Assembly: GCA_963777605.1 (NCBI GenBank)
Contig: CAVZRV010000035.1
Location: 160,001-224,000 of the forward strand
From: an uncultured Acidobacteriota bacterium
GTDB lineage: Bacteria; Acidobacteriota; UBA6911; RPQK01; JAPXNP01
Length of the DNA stretch: 64,000 bases
Direction of reading: 5' to 3'
Every line of letters starts with the position of its first letter. Position 1 is the first letter of the stretch. Below are positions 48,089-58,801 of the stretch, in pieces. The position numbers and the translations under genes are program-made. Under the pieces are notes generated by a model that was given only the letters and a program-made list of their open reading frames with translations, was not told where the DNA came from and ran no database searches.

Positions 48089-49507
48089 ATGAGCGTACGT
48101 GTTCGATTTGCTCCCAGCCCGACCGGATTCCTTCACGTCGGCGGTGCCCGCACCGCCCTCTTCAACTGGCTCTTCGCTCGTCAAACAGACGGAACTTTTA
48201 TCCTCCGGATTGAAGACACCGACGAGAAGCGCTCCAGCGAGGAAATGGTCGACGGCATCATGAACGGGATGAGCTGGCTCGGCCTCGACTGGGATGAAGG
48301 GCCCTTTTTCCAGTCCCGCCGGCTCGAACTGTACCAGGCCACAGCCAGGCGGTTGCTGGCCGATGGCCATGCCTACCGTGATTTCAGTGCTGCTGACGCG
48401 CAGCCGGATGGCTATCGCGCGTTTCGCGATCTGCCGATGGCGGAGTCCGACCGCCGCGCTGATTCCAGCGAGGCATTTGCGGTCCGGTTCAAGACGCCCG
48501 CGGGAAAGACGATCTCGTTTCTCGACCTCGTTTTTGGACCGATTGAAGTTTCTTCGGACAACCTCGAGGACTTCGTGATACTCCGCTCCGACGGCTTCCC
48601 AACCTACCACCTCAGCGTCGTCGCGGACGATTCCGACATGAAGATCAGCCATGTGATTCGCGGGGCCGATCACCTCACCAACACGAGCAAACACGTTCTA
48701 CTCTTTGAGGCCCTGGGTTTCTCGGTTCCGACCTATGTCCATCTTCCCTTAATTCTCGGACCTGACAAGAAACGCCTCAGCAAGCGGCACGGTGCCACCT
48801 CAGTGACCGAGTACAGCCAGAAGGGGATGCTGCCCGAGGCGGTCCGGAATTACCTTGCGCTCCTCGGCTGGTCTCCTGGAGATGATTCCGAGATCCTCAG
48901 CCAGGATGAACTCATCCACCGTTTCGATCTTTCGCGAATCAACCGGGCCAATGCCGTCTTCGACGTCAGCAAGCTGGAGTGGATGAACAAGCGCTACCTC
49001 TCCGCCGCTGAACCCGAAGTCCTCGAGCCCTACGTCCGCCGGGAACTGGAAAGCCACGACCTTTGGGGCGACCGTTGGGCCGGTGAAGATCGGGACCGGT
49101 TTCTGTCCATCCTCAACCTGCTCAGGACCCGGGTGGAGAGCCTGCACGATTTTCCCGTTTACGGACGAGCCTTCTTCACGGATGATTTTCTCTATGAAGA
49201 GGATGCCGCGAGGCGATACCTGGAGTTCTCCGACACGGCTGAACGCGACCTGCTCCTGGATTCAATTCGACAGTTGCGGGCGGAATATTCCGAACTACCC
49301 GTTTTTGACATAGGCTCGACCGAAGAGGTCCTCCGCAGAATTGCCGGCGAGCGGGGGCTCAAGGTCGGACAATTTATCGGCGCCGTGCGAGTTGCAACGA
49401 CGGGACGCGGTCAGGCTCCCGGGATCTTCGATGTCCTGATCACGCTTGGGCGTGCGGAGACCCTCGCGAGGCTGGATCGCCTGATCCTGTATCTGGCAGA
49501 TGGCTAA
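48089..49507 (+). CDS. gltX: Glutamate--tRNA ligase
   Basis: RFAPSPTG-LHVGG, RIEDTD, RLSKR and anticodon-binding domain. Confidence 0.96.
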   Translation: MSVRVRFAPSPTGFLHVGGARTALFNWLFARQTDGTFILRIEDTDEKRSSEEMVDGIMNGMSWLGLDWDEGPFFQSRRLELYQATARRLLADGHAYRDFSAADAQPDGYRAFRDLPMAESDRRADSSEAFAVRFKTPAGKTISFLDLVFGPIEVSSDNLEDFVILRSDGFPTYHLSVVADDSDMKISHVIRGADHLTNTSKHVLLFEALGFSVPTYVHLPLILGPDKKRLSKRHGATSVTEYSQKGMLPEAVRNYLALLGWSPGDDSEILSQDELIHRFDLSRINRANAVFDVSKLEWMNKRYLSAAEPEVLEPYVRRELESHDLWGDRWAGEDRDRFLSILNLLRTRVESLHDFPVYGRAFFTDDFLYEEDAARRYLEFSDTAERDLLLDSIRQLRAEYSELPVFDIGSTEEVLRRIAGERGLKVGQFIGAVRVATTGRGQAPGIFDVLITLGRAETLARLDRLILYLADG

Positions 49508-50258
49508 ACTGGACATCTCAGTCGTTGTTCCAGCGTTCAATGAAGAGAATCGTCTCGAAGGGACGCTTCGCGCAATCCTGGACTACCTGAACCGACGGAA
49601 CGGGGAATTCGAAATCCTGGTGGTCGACGACGGATCAACCGACCGGACTTCTCAGGTGGCAGAGTCAGTCGCGGGCTGGCCCGACGCCGGCAGCCGCATC
49701 CGGCTGCTTCGGGAACCCGTCAACCGGGGCAAGGGATATGGCGTTCGGGCAGGGATGCTGGCAGCCCATGGGCGGCTGGCCCTGATGACCGATGCCGATC
49801 TCAGCACTCCCATTGGCGAACTCGGAAAATTACAGAGCGTTCTGGAGGAGTTCCAAGCCGACCTGGTTTTCGGCTCAAGGGACATCACCGGGTCCCGCAT
49901 CGAAATCCGCCAGCCGAAAAGCCGGGAGATTCTCGGCAAGTCATTCAATCGCTTCATCCGCTTGCTGACCCGGATTCCGTACCGGGATACCCAGTGCGGT
50001 TTTAAGCTGTTTCGCATGTCGGCTTGCAGAGAGATCTTCGAACGGCAGCGTCTCGATGGTTTCGCCTTCGACGTGGAACTTCTTTTTATCGCCCGAAAAT
50101 GGGATTTGAAACTTCATGAGGTACCGGTCACCTGGAGCCATTGCGACGGAAGCAAGGTGAGCTTTGTCCACCACGCCCCTTCGATCCTGATTGACCTTGC
50201 CCGGCTCCAGCTGAATAATGCCTCAGGGGCTTACAATCGCACGCCGGCAACCCGCTGA
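49500..50258 (+). CDS. GT2 polyprenyl-phosphate glycosyltransferase
   Basis: PAFNEE, VDDGSTD, NRGKG, DADLS and DTQCGFK motifs. Confidence 0.9.
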   Translation: MAKLDISVVVPAFNEENRLEGTLRAILDYLNRRNGEFEILVVDDGSTDRTSQVAESVAGWPDAGSRIRLLREPVNRGKGYGVRAGMLAAHGRLALMTDADLSTPIGELGKLQSVLEEFQADLVFGSRDITGSRIEIRQPKSREILGKSFNRFIRLLTRIPYRDTQCGFKLFRMSACREIFERQRLDGFAFDVELLFIARKWDLKLHEVPVTWSHCDGSKVSFVHHAPSILIDLARLQLNNASGAYNRTPATR

Positions 50259-50273
50259 GGGAAGGAGGCTGAC

Positions 50274-51026
50274 ATGACCAGGCTTGGGGTCAATATCGAT
50301 CATGTTGCGACAATTCGGCAGGCTCGGAAGGCTCTCGAGCCCGATCCGATTGCGGCCGCGGTCCTCGCGGAACAGGCCGGGGCCCACGGAATCACCGTTC
50401 ACCTCAGGGGAGATCGCCGTCACATCACTGACCGTGATGTCCAACTCCTGCAGGCCGTGATCAAAACCCGGCTCAACGTCGAGATGGCGGTGACGGAGGA
50501 AATGATTGCGGTTGTTGCCACGGAGTTGAGGCCGGACACAGTAACACTTGTCCCGGAGAGCCCCGAAGAGGTGACCACCGAGGGAGGACTCGATGTCGTC
50601 AATCACCACCAGGAGATCGCCCGGGCCGTGCGCAGGCTGCGGGAAGCGGGAATCGAGGTGTCGCTTTTCATCGACCCTGAAACGGAGCAGATCGAAGCAT
50701 CCGAAAGCGTCGGCGTGACCATGGTGGAGTTCAACACGGCGGCATATTCTGAGGCGGTACCCCGCGGAATCAAGAACTGGGACCCGGCCTTCGAAGACGA
50801 GTTGGAGAAGATGATCGTGGCGTCTGAGGAGGCGTCCGCTCGTGCGCTTCGGGTGCTGGCCGGACACGGTTTGACCTATCGAAACGTGGGAGCGATCGCC
50901 GCCATTCCGGCAGTCGAAGAACTCAATATCGGGCACAACATCATTGCCCGAGCCGTCATGGTGGGGATGGAACGAGCAGTCAAGGACATGCTCCGGGCGA
51001 TGCTCGACGATATTGTCGAGGAGTGA
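50274..51026 (+). CDS. pdxJ: Pyridoxine 5'-phosphate synthase
   Basis: LGVNIDHVAT, HLRGDRRH, TTEGGLD, AGHGL and NIGH. Confidence 0.96.
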   Translation: MTRLGVNIDHVATIRQARKALEPDPIAAAVLAEQAGAHGITVHLRGDRRHITDRDVQLLQAVIKTRLNVEMAVTEEMIAVVATELRPDTVTLVPESPEEVTTEGGLDVVNHHQEIARAVRRLREAGIEVSLFIDPETEQIEASESVGVTMVEFNTAAYSEAVPRGIKNWDPAFEDELEKMIVASEEASARALRVLAGHGLTYRNVGAIAAIPAVEELNIGHNIIARAVMVGMERAVKDMLRAMLDDIVEE

Positions 51027-51035
51027 CCCTCCCCC

Positions 51036-51854
51036 ATGTCCGGCACGCTTTACGTTGTTTCCACGCCTATCGGAAATCTAAGTGACCTCAGCCCCCGTGC
51101 GATCGAGATTCTCGGTTCAGTCGAGTTGATCGCCTGCGAGGACACCCGTCACACGCGTAAGCTTCTAAATCACTTTGGCATTCAGACCCCGACGACGAGC
51201 TATCACGAACACAACGAATCCGCACGCGCCCCCGGCCTTGTCGATGGGATTGCGGAAGGTAAGGTAGTCGCCCTGGTTTCGGACGCGGGCACGCCACTTC
51301 TCTCCGATCCCGGCTACCGGCTGGTCAGACTTTGCCGGGAACGGGGGATTGCGGTGATCCCGATTCCGGGACCGTTCGCCGCATCCATTGCGGTTTCGGT
51401 GTCGGGCCTGGCAACCGACCGGGTCCTCTTCGGGGGCTTCCTGGCATCGGCTGCATCCGCAATCAGAAAGCAGCTGGAGGACATTGCATCCCTGCGGGCC
51501 ACCCTGGTTTTTTACGTCTCTCCCCATCGTCTTATCAAAACATTGACGGTAATGCGCGAGGTCTTGGGCTCCCGTCACGCGTTCCTGATTCGCGAGATGA
51601 CGAAGCTCCACGAAGAGGCGTTCAGTGGAAACCTGGACGAGCTCATCGAAAAGCTGACGCACCACGAACCCCGCGGCGAGTACACCATCGTCGTCGAAGG
51701 GTCGACCGAAGACGAACCGCCGCCCCGGATCGACACCGCCGCATACGTGGCTGGCCTGATCTCCGAGCGAGGCCTCTCTCGCAGAGACGCCATCCGGAAG
51801 GCCAGCAGGGAACTGGGATTGTCGAAGCAGGAAATCTATATAATTTGCGAATGA
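51036..51854 (+). CDS. rsmI: 16S rRNA (cytidine1402-2'-O)-methyltransferase
   Basis: LYVVSTPIGNL, CEDTR, SDAGTP..SDPG and REMTKLHEE. Confidence 0.95.
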   Translation: MSGTLYVVSTPIGNLSDLSPRAIEILGSVELIACEDTRHTRKLLNHFGIQTPTTSYHEHNESARAPGLVDGIAEGKVVALVSDAGTPLLSDPGYRLVRLCRERGIAVIPIPGPFAASIAVSVSGLATDRVLFGGFLASAASAIRKQLEDIASLRATLVFYVSPHRLIKTLTVMREVLGSRHAFLIREMTKLHEEAFSGNLDELIEKLTHHEPRGEYTIVVEGSTEDEPPPRIDTAAYVAGLISERGLSRRDAIRKASRELGLSKQEIYIICE

Positions 51855-51977
51855 AGATTTTCGTTTGACGGTTTTTCCGAATTGTGGGCGGGCCCGTCGC
51901 CTAACCGCCAATCGAACTGCCTCCGAAAAATCGGAAATCGCCATCCGCAATCAAAAATCTTTTTCCTGAATCTTTTG

Positions 51978-52013
51978 TTGCTTTGGCAACGTCATTATGT
52001 ATAATTATGCACA
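51978..52013 (+). promoter_or_regulatory. Sigma70-type promoter overlapped by an ARG box (ArgR operator)
   Basis: TTGCTT (51978)-16 nt-TATAAT (52000). TATGTATAATTATGCACA (51996-52013) matches the wnTGAATAATTATTCAnw ARG consensus with 2 mismatches. Confidence 0.75.
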
Positions 52014-52129
52014 TCATGCATTGGACCGGACACAGACCTGACCGACCCGGCCTTTTGAGGCGTCCCTTCTACAGGCGCTAGCACCCCGCGCTTTCCAGGC
52101 GCGAACCATAACGTCAATCTCCAACGGAA

Positions 52130-52147
52130 GTTGTATTTCCATGCATA
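52130..52147 (+). promoter_or_regulatory. Second, weaker ARG box overlapping the start codon
   Basis: GTTGTATTTCCATGCATA (TGnAT-n4-ATGCA). Confidence 0.5.
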
Positions 52148-53232
52148 TTCAAAGCGTTTCAAACCAGTATTCAATGCCTTCGACATCCAAAGCGGCAGGA
52201 GGGATTGTCCCGGATTTGGTGAGTTCCTGTGCAGGGACGCTGGACCTGGCATTTCCACTGAAAACGGCCGAGATCGCCAACCCGGGAGCGGGTGATGTCG
52301 TGCTTGCCAGGGTGGAAGAAGTCAACCCGGCCTACCCGGCCATGGAACTTCCCGATGGAACCGACATCATTCTCGAACCGGGGATGAAGATTGTCGGAGC
52401 GCTGGGTACGCGCAAGGCCCTTCACGGGTTTTCCGGTCGAATCCCCCACCCCCTTTTCATCGGGCAACACATCCAGTTGCTCAACAAGGGTGGAGTGATC
52501 GGCGAATGCACGGCCTTTCATCGGAACCTGGAATGGCCGACGCTGCTGACCTACCTCGGCACCGTCGTCGAGGGAGATCGTCCCGTCAACCTGCGTGACA
52601 GTGCGCTCCCCTTCGTTGACCGGGAATTGCCCAAGATCCCGTTGGTATTCGTTCTCGGGACCTGCATGAACTCGGGAAAGACAACCGTCTGCAAAACCAT
52701 CATTGACGGTTTCAGCAAGCGCGGCTACCACATCAACTCGGGCAAAGTGGCGGGTGTTGCATGTCGGCGTGATCTGAACGTGATGAAGCAATCGGGATCG
52801 AAGCGGGTGCTGAGTTTCCACGACTTCGGACTCCCCTCCAGCGCCGACGTTCCTTCGTTGGTGCCGGTCGCACGATCGATTGTCCACCATCTGGCCGAGC
52901 CAGAGCCCGATTTCATCGTCCTGGAGATGGGCGACGGAATCCTCGGCGGATACAACGTAGCGTCTTTGTTCGACGACAAGGAGTTCCTGAGCCGCCGGGC
53001 AGCCACGGTGATCTGTGCGAACGATCTCATGGGTACCTGGGGTGCGTTGGAATGGCTTCGGCAACACGACGTAGACACGGCCCACGAACCGATCCTGGTC
53101 TCGGGTCCGGTGACTGACAGCTGCGAAGGCGTCAAGTACATCGAAGACAACTGGGACGTCCAGGCCGCGAATCCATTCGACAGTTCCGGTAAGCTCTGCA
53201 GCTTCGTCCTGAAGAGCCTCCGGCCATGTTGA
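52141..53232 (+). CDS. DUF1611/DgcN-like P-loop protein, first gene of the arg operon
   Basis: GDVVLARV, GTCMNSGKTT, GKVAG, DFGLPS and VLEMGDG motifs typical of DUF1611-type proteins; 3' end overlaps argC. Confidence 0.72.
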   Translation: MHIQSVSNQYSMPSTSKAAGGIVPDLVSSCAGTLDLAFPLKTAEIANPGAGDVVLARVEEVNPAYPAMELPDGTDIILEPGMKIVGALGTRKALHGFSGRIPHPLFIGQHIQLLNKGGVIGECTAFHRNLEWPTLLTYLGTVVEGDRPVNLRDSALPFVDRELPKIPLVFVLGTCMNSGKTTVCKTIIDGFSKRGYHINSGKVAGVACRRDLNVMKQSGSKRVLSFHDFGLPSSADVPSLVPVARSIVHHLAEPEPDFIVLEMGDGILGGYNVASLFDDKEFLSRRAATVICANDLMGTWGALEWLRQHDVDTAHEPILVSGPVTDSCEGVKYIEDNWDVQAANPFDSSGKLCSFVLKSLRPC

Positions 53233-54236
53233 AAGTTGGAATTGCAGGCGGCTCAGGTTACGGTGGGCTGGAACTGATCAGCGTCCTGTTGCGGCACCCC
53301 GAGGTGGAGATTGTCTCAATCTCGTCTGAGCGGCACTCCGGGAAAGAGGTCTGCCAACTCTATCCCCACCTGCGGGGAATCGTTTCGCTGACGTTCTGTC
53401 CCCTGGAGGAAACAGTGGCGGCGGAGACCGACGTACTCTTCCTTGCCCTTCCTCACGGCGAGGCGATGAAGATCGCCCCAAAGGTCCCGGCTGGGAGAGC
53501 GCTGATCGATCTCAGTGGGGATTTTCGGATCAGCGACCCCGAAACCTTCGCAAAGTACTACGGCTTTCCGATGACCAGCGTCGCCGAGCAGTCCAAATTC
53601 GTTTACGGTCTCCCGGAAATCAACCGCGAGTCGATTCGCGGCAAGCGGCGCGTCGCCAACCCAGGCTGCTTCGCAACCGCCACCCTGCTGGCCCTGTTTC
53701 CCCTCTACCAGGAAGGCTGGGTTGAAGGTTCGGTCTACGTTGATTCAAAGACGGGCTCGTCCGGATCGGGTCGAACACCAAGCGACAAGACCCACCATCC
53801 CCGGCGTAGCCACGCCTTTTTTCCCTACAAGCCGTTCATCCACCAGCACGTCCCCGAGATGCGGCAGATCCTCGACAACCCCGGCAACCCGCTGATCTTC
53901 CAGGCTCACTCGACTCCGCTCGTCCGTGGTATCTTCGCCAGCCACTACATGCAGCTCAAACAACCGAAGACCGCAGCCCAAGTGGAGGACCTCTTCAGCG
54001 GCTACTACGGAGCCGAGCCGTTCATCCGCTGGGAACCAGGCAATCCCGATATCTGTAACGTCGAACACTCCAACTACGTGGATATTGCCGCAGCAACCGA
54101 TGGGGAACACCTGATCGTCTGGTCGGCTCTGGACAACCTCCAAAAGGGAGCGGCCGGACAGGCCGTTCAAAACATGAACATCATCTGCGGATTCGAGGAG
54201 ACTACCGCCCTCGAGCAGGCTCCGCTCTTCCCATAA
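53226..54236 (+). CDS. argC: N-acetyl-gamma-glutamyl-phosphate reductase
   Basis: GGSGYGG, DLSGDFR, YGLPE, ANPGCF and DNLQKGAAGQAVQ. Confidence 0.93.
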   Translation: MLKVGIAGGSGYGGLELISVLLRHPEVEIVSISSERHSGKEVCQLYPHLRGIVSLTFCPLEETVAAETDVLFLALPHGEAMKIAPKVPAGRALIDLSGDFRISDPETFAKYYGFPMTSVAEQSKFVYGLPEINRESIRGKRRVANPGCFATATLLALFPLYQEGWVEGSVYVDSKTGSSGSGRTPSDKTHHPRRSHAFFPYKPFIHQHVPEMRQILDNPGNPLIFQAHSTPLVRGIFASHYMQLKQPKTAAQVEDLFSGYYGAEPFIRWEPGNPDICNVEHSNYVDIAAATDGEHLIVWSALDNLQKGAAGQAVQNMNIICGFEETTALEQAPLFP

Positions 54237-54238
54237 CT

Positions 54239-55399
54239 ATGGACAACACTCAATACATTTCCATTAAGCAACTTGAAGACCGCTACCAGGTCAACACCTA
54301 TGCCAAGCTCCCCATCTTGATCGATCGGGGGGAGGGCTGTTTCGTTTTCGACCAGGACGGAAAACGCTACCTGGACCTCTATGCCGGGCATGCAGTAACT
54401 GCGACCGGGCACTGCCACCCGTCCGTGGTTGCCGCCATCCAGCGGCAAGCCTCCCAGTTGATCTTCTACTCCAACGCCACCTACAGCTCAACACGAAGCC
54501 TGGCCCTCGAGAAACTGATCGAATTGTCCCGCCCCTACCACCAGGCATTCCTGGTGAACTCCGGCGCCGAGGCCAACGAGAACGCCATCAAGCTCGCCCG
54601 CGCGTTGACCCGTCGACGGGAAGTCATTTCAACCGTCAACGCCTTTCACGGCCGGACCTACGGCAGCCTCTCCGCAACCGGCATCGAGAAATATCGCAAT
54701 TTCCTGAACACCCCCGTTCCCGGCCACCGCATCTTGCCCTTCGAAAAGGTTGCAGGGTCGGTTTCCGAGAAGACCGCCGCAGTATTGATCGAGCCAATTC
54801 AGAGCATGGGCGGGGTCGTCACGATCCCGATCTCCACGATCCAGGAGATCGCCCGCTCCTGCCAGGCGGCCGGGGCGCTGTTGATTTTCGACGAGATCCA
54901 GACTGGCGTCGGACGCACAGGCGGAACCTTCCTCTATTCCCAGAAACTCGACGTCGTTCCGGACCTGACCTCCCTGGCCAAGGGAATCGCTTCCGGCTAT
55001 CCGGCCGGGGCCGTTCTCATGACCGAGGAGATAGCGGGCCGGGTCAACCCGGGGGACCTGGGCACTACGTTCGGAGGGAATCCGCTGGCTTGCGCTGCCA
55101 TCCTTTCTACACTTCAGGTGATTCAGGAGGAAGGCCTTCTCGCCCAGGTTGATGACGTTTCCGGCTACCTCCGGGATTCTCTCGCGGAACTTCCGGTCAT
55201 AGAGGAACTGCGGGGCGACGGTCTCCTGTTGGGGATCCGGTTCAAAGGGTTGACGGCCAAGGAGGCACAGAAGCGTCTCCTGGAGGCCTTCATTCTTACC
55301 GGGACCTCCTACGATCCGTCCGTACTTCGCCTGATGCCTCCTCTGACCCTTGGCCGGGACGAGGCCGACATCTTCATTGAGGCGGTGAGATCGCTATGA
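54239..55399 (+). CDS. argD: Acetylornithine aminotransferase (class III PLP)
   Basis: NSGAEANE, FHGRT, FDEIQTG, LAKG and TTFGGNP; arg operon context. Confidence 0.88.
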   Translation: MDNTQYISIKQLEDRYQVNTYAKLPILIDRGEGCFVFDQDGKRYLDLYAGHAVTATGHCHPSVVAAIQRQASQLIFYSNATYSSTRSLALEKLIELSRPYHQAFLVNSGAEANENAIKLARALTRRREVISTVNAFHGRTYGSLSATGIEKYRNFLNTPVPGHRILPFEKVAGSVSEKTAAVLIEPIQSMGGVVTIPISTIQEIARSCQAAGALLIFDEIQTGVGRTGGTFLYSQKLDVVPDLTSLAKGIASGYPAGAVLMTEEIAGRVNPGDLGTTFGGNPLACAAILSTLQVIQEEGLLAQVDDVSGYLRDSLAELPVIEELRGDGLLLGIRFKGLTAKEAQKRLLEAFILTGTSYDPSVLRLMPPLTLGRDEADIFIEAVRSL

Positions 55400-56208
55400 A
55401 GCTCATCCTGAAGCTGAGTGGGAAGGTACTGGAGGAGGCCGGCCTGCGCCGGTCGCTTGGACAACAGATCGCCCAGCTCAATCGGGCCGGGCATCAACTG
55501 CTCCTGGTGCACGGAGGCGGAAAGCAGCTGTCGGACTTCTGCCGGGACACTGGGTTACCGGTTGTCCAGGTCCAGGGCCGGCGGGTAACCGACGAGCGCA
55601 CTCTGGAAGCAGCCAAGAAGGTCTTTGGTGCGGTCAATGCGGACCTCACAGTGAGTCTGCTGGCCGAAGGAGTCCCCGCTGTCGGGATCTCCGCTTTCGA
55701 CGGGTTCCTGACCCGGAGCAGACGGCGGCCACCGCTGGCTCTGCAAGTAGATGATCGAGTCGAGACGGTCGATTTCGGCCTCGTTGGAGAACTTCAGTCG
55801 GTGGATCGGAGCCTGGTGGATGCGCTTTGGGCGGCCGGCTATGTGCCGGTGGTCAGCTGCCTCTGCAGTTCTCCCAACGGGCAGATTCTCAATATCAATG
55901 CCGACACACTCTCTACCGAACTGTCGGTGGCGCTCGCCGCAGACCGACTGGTTGCGGTTTCCGACGTCGGTGGAATCTACCTGGACCCGGCGCGCGCCGA
56001 AACCCGCATCGAACACCTCGGCCTGGTAGAGGCGCGAAAGCTGTTGCGGGAAGGCGTCTTCCTGGATGGGATGATCCCCAAGGTCGAAAACGCCATCCGC
56101 CTGATCGAGCAGGGCGTCGATAATTTCCAGGTGCTGAGCGGACTCCAGGAAGGGGCGTTGGCCAACTGCCTGGATGGGCAAACCGGGACGCTCCTGTCAC
56201 GGGAGTAA
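55396..56208 (+). CDS. argB: Acetylglutamate kinase
   Basis: KLSG, VHGGG, GRRVTD, NINAD and GMIPK. Confidence 0.9.
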   Translation: MKLILKLSGKVLEEAGLRRSLGQQIAQLNRAGHQLLLVHGGGKQLSDFCRDTGLPVVQVQGRRVTDERTLEAAKKVFGAVNADLTVSLLAEGVPAVGISAFDGFLTRSRRRPPLALQVDDRVETVDFGLVGELQSVDRSLVDALWAAGYVPVVSCLCSSPNGQILNINADTLSTELSVALAADRLVAVSDVGGIYLDPARAETRIEHLGLVEARKLLREGVFLDGMIPKVENAIRLIEQGVDNFQVLSGLQEGALANCLDGQTGTLLSRE

Positions 56209-56363
56209 CGCCTGGTCGGCCTCCTGGCTGTAATTGTCGGGCAGATCGGCCGGGCAGACTGGTTAGACCCGCCGGACATGTCGGACCTTTCTCCCCCCAT
56301 CTCCCACCCCGCTTGCTTGGGAAGGCCGGGTGTTGGATAATCTCATATCCCTTTGGGGGGTAG

Positions 56364-58239
<1,876 letters not shown>

Positions 58240-58243
<4 letters not shown>

Positions 58244-58767
58244 AATTCACTCCGGCCGAAGATCATGAACGTCGCATACCGGGATCGGAGATCTTTGCGT
58301 TCCTGCTTGTCGGCCTGTTGATCGAGTTGATCCAGGGCACTGTCGTGCCCGGCTTCCTGCATGCCGACATTCTGCTGGTCCTCGTCATCTACGTTGCCGC
58401 CCACAGCGACCCGCTGAAGGGTGCTCTGGTGGGAACCCTGTTCGGGATGGTCCAGGATTACCTGGTGGGCGTTCCTGTGGGCCTCAATGGCCTCACCAAG
58501 GCGATCATCGCATTTGGGGCCAGCTACCTCCACCGCTGGACATCGACCGACCTCGGCAGCCTGCGGATTGTGTTCATCGCTTTGCTGGCACTCATCGACC
58601 GGGCTCTCATCCTGTCGACCCTCTTCCTGCTCGGCCTTCACGTCGCTCCGCTGCGGCCCATTGAAGCAGTTTCCAGTGCCGTCCTGACCGGCATTGTCGG
58701 AGAAGTCTTCTTCCGACTCTATGATAAGATCAGGTTTCCGCCCAAGGATTTTCGGCGGCTGGATTAG
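58240..58767 (+). CDS. mreD: Rod shape-determining protein MreD
   Basis: Hydrophobic, G..QD motif, lies between mreC and mrdA. Confidence 0.85.
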
Positions 58768-58801
58768 CGTCCGCCTGCTTTAACGGTGGTGATGAGAAGC
58801 C

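Noticed and set aside
53226-56208. LysW-dependent lysY/lysJ/lysZ interpretation of the arg genes
   Set aside because: No lysW or lysX nearby, and the ARG boxes favour the acetylated arginine pathway.
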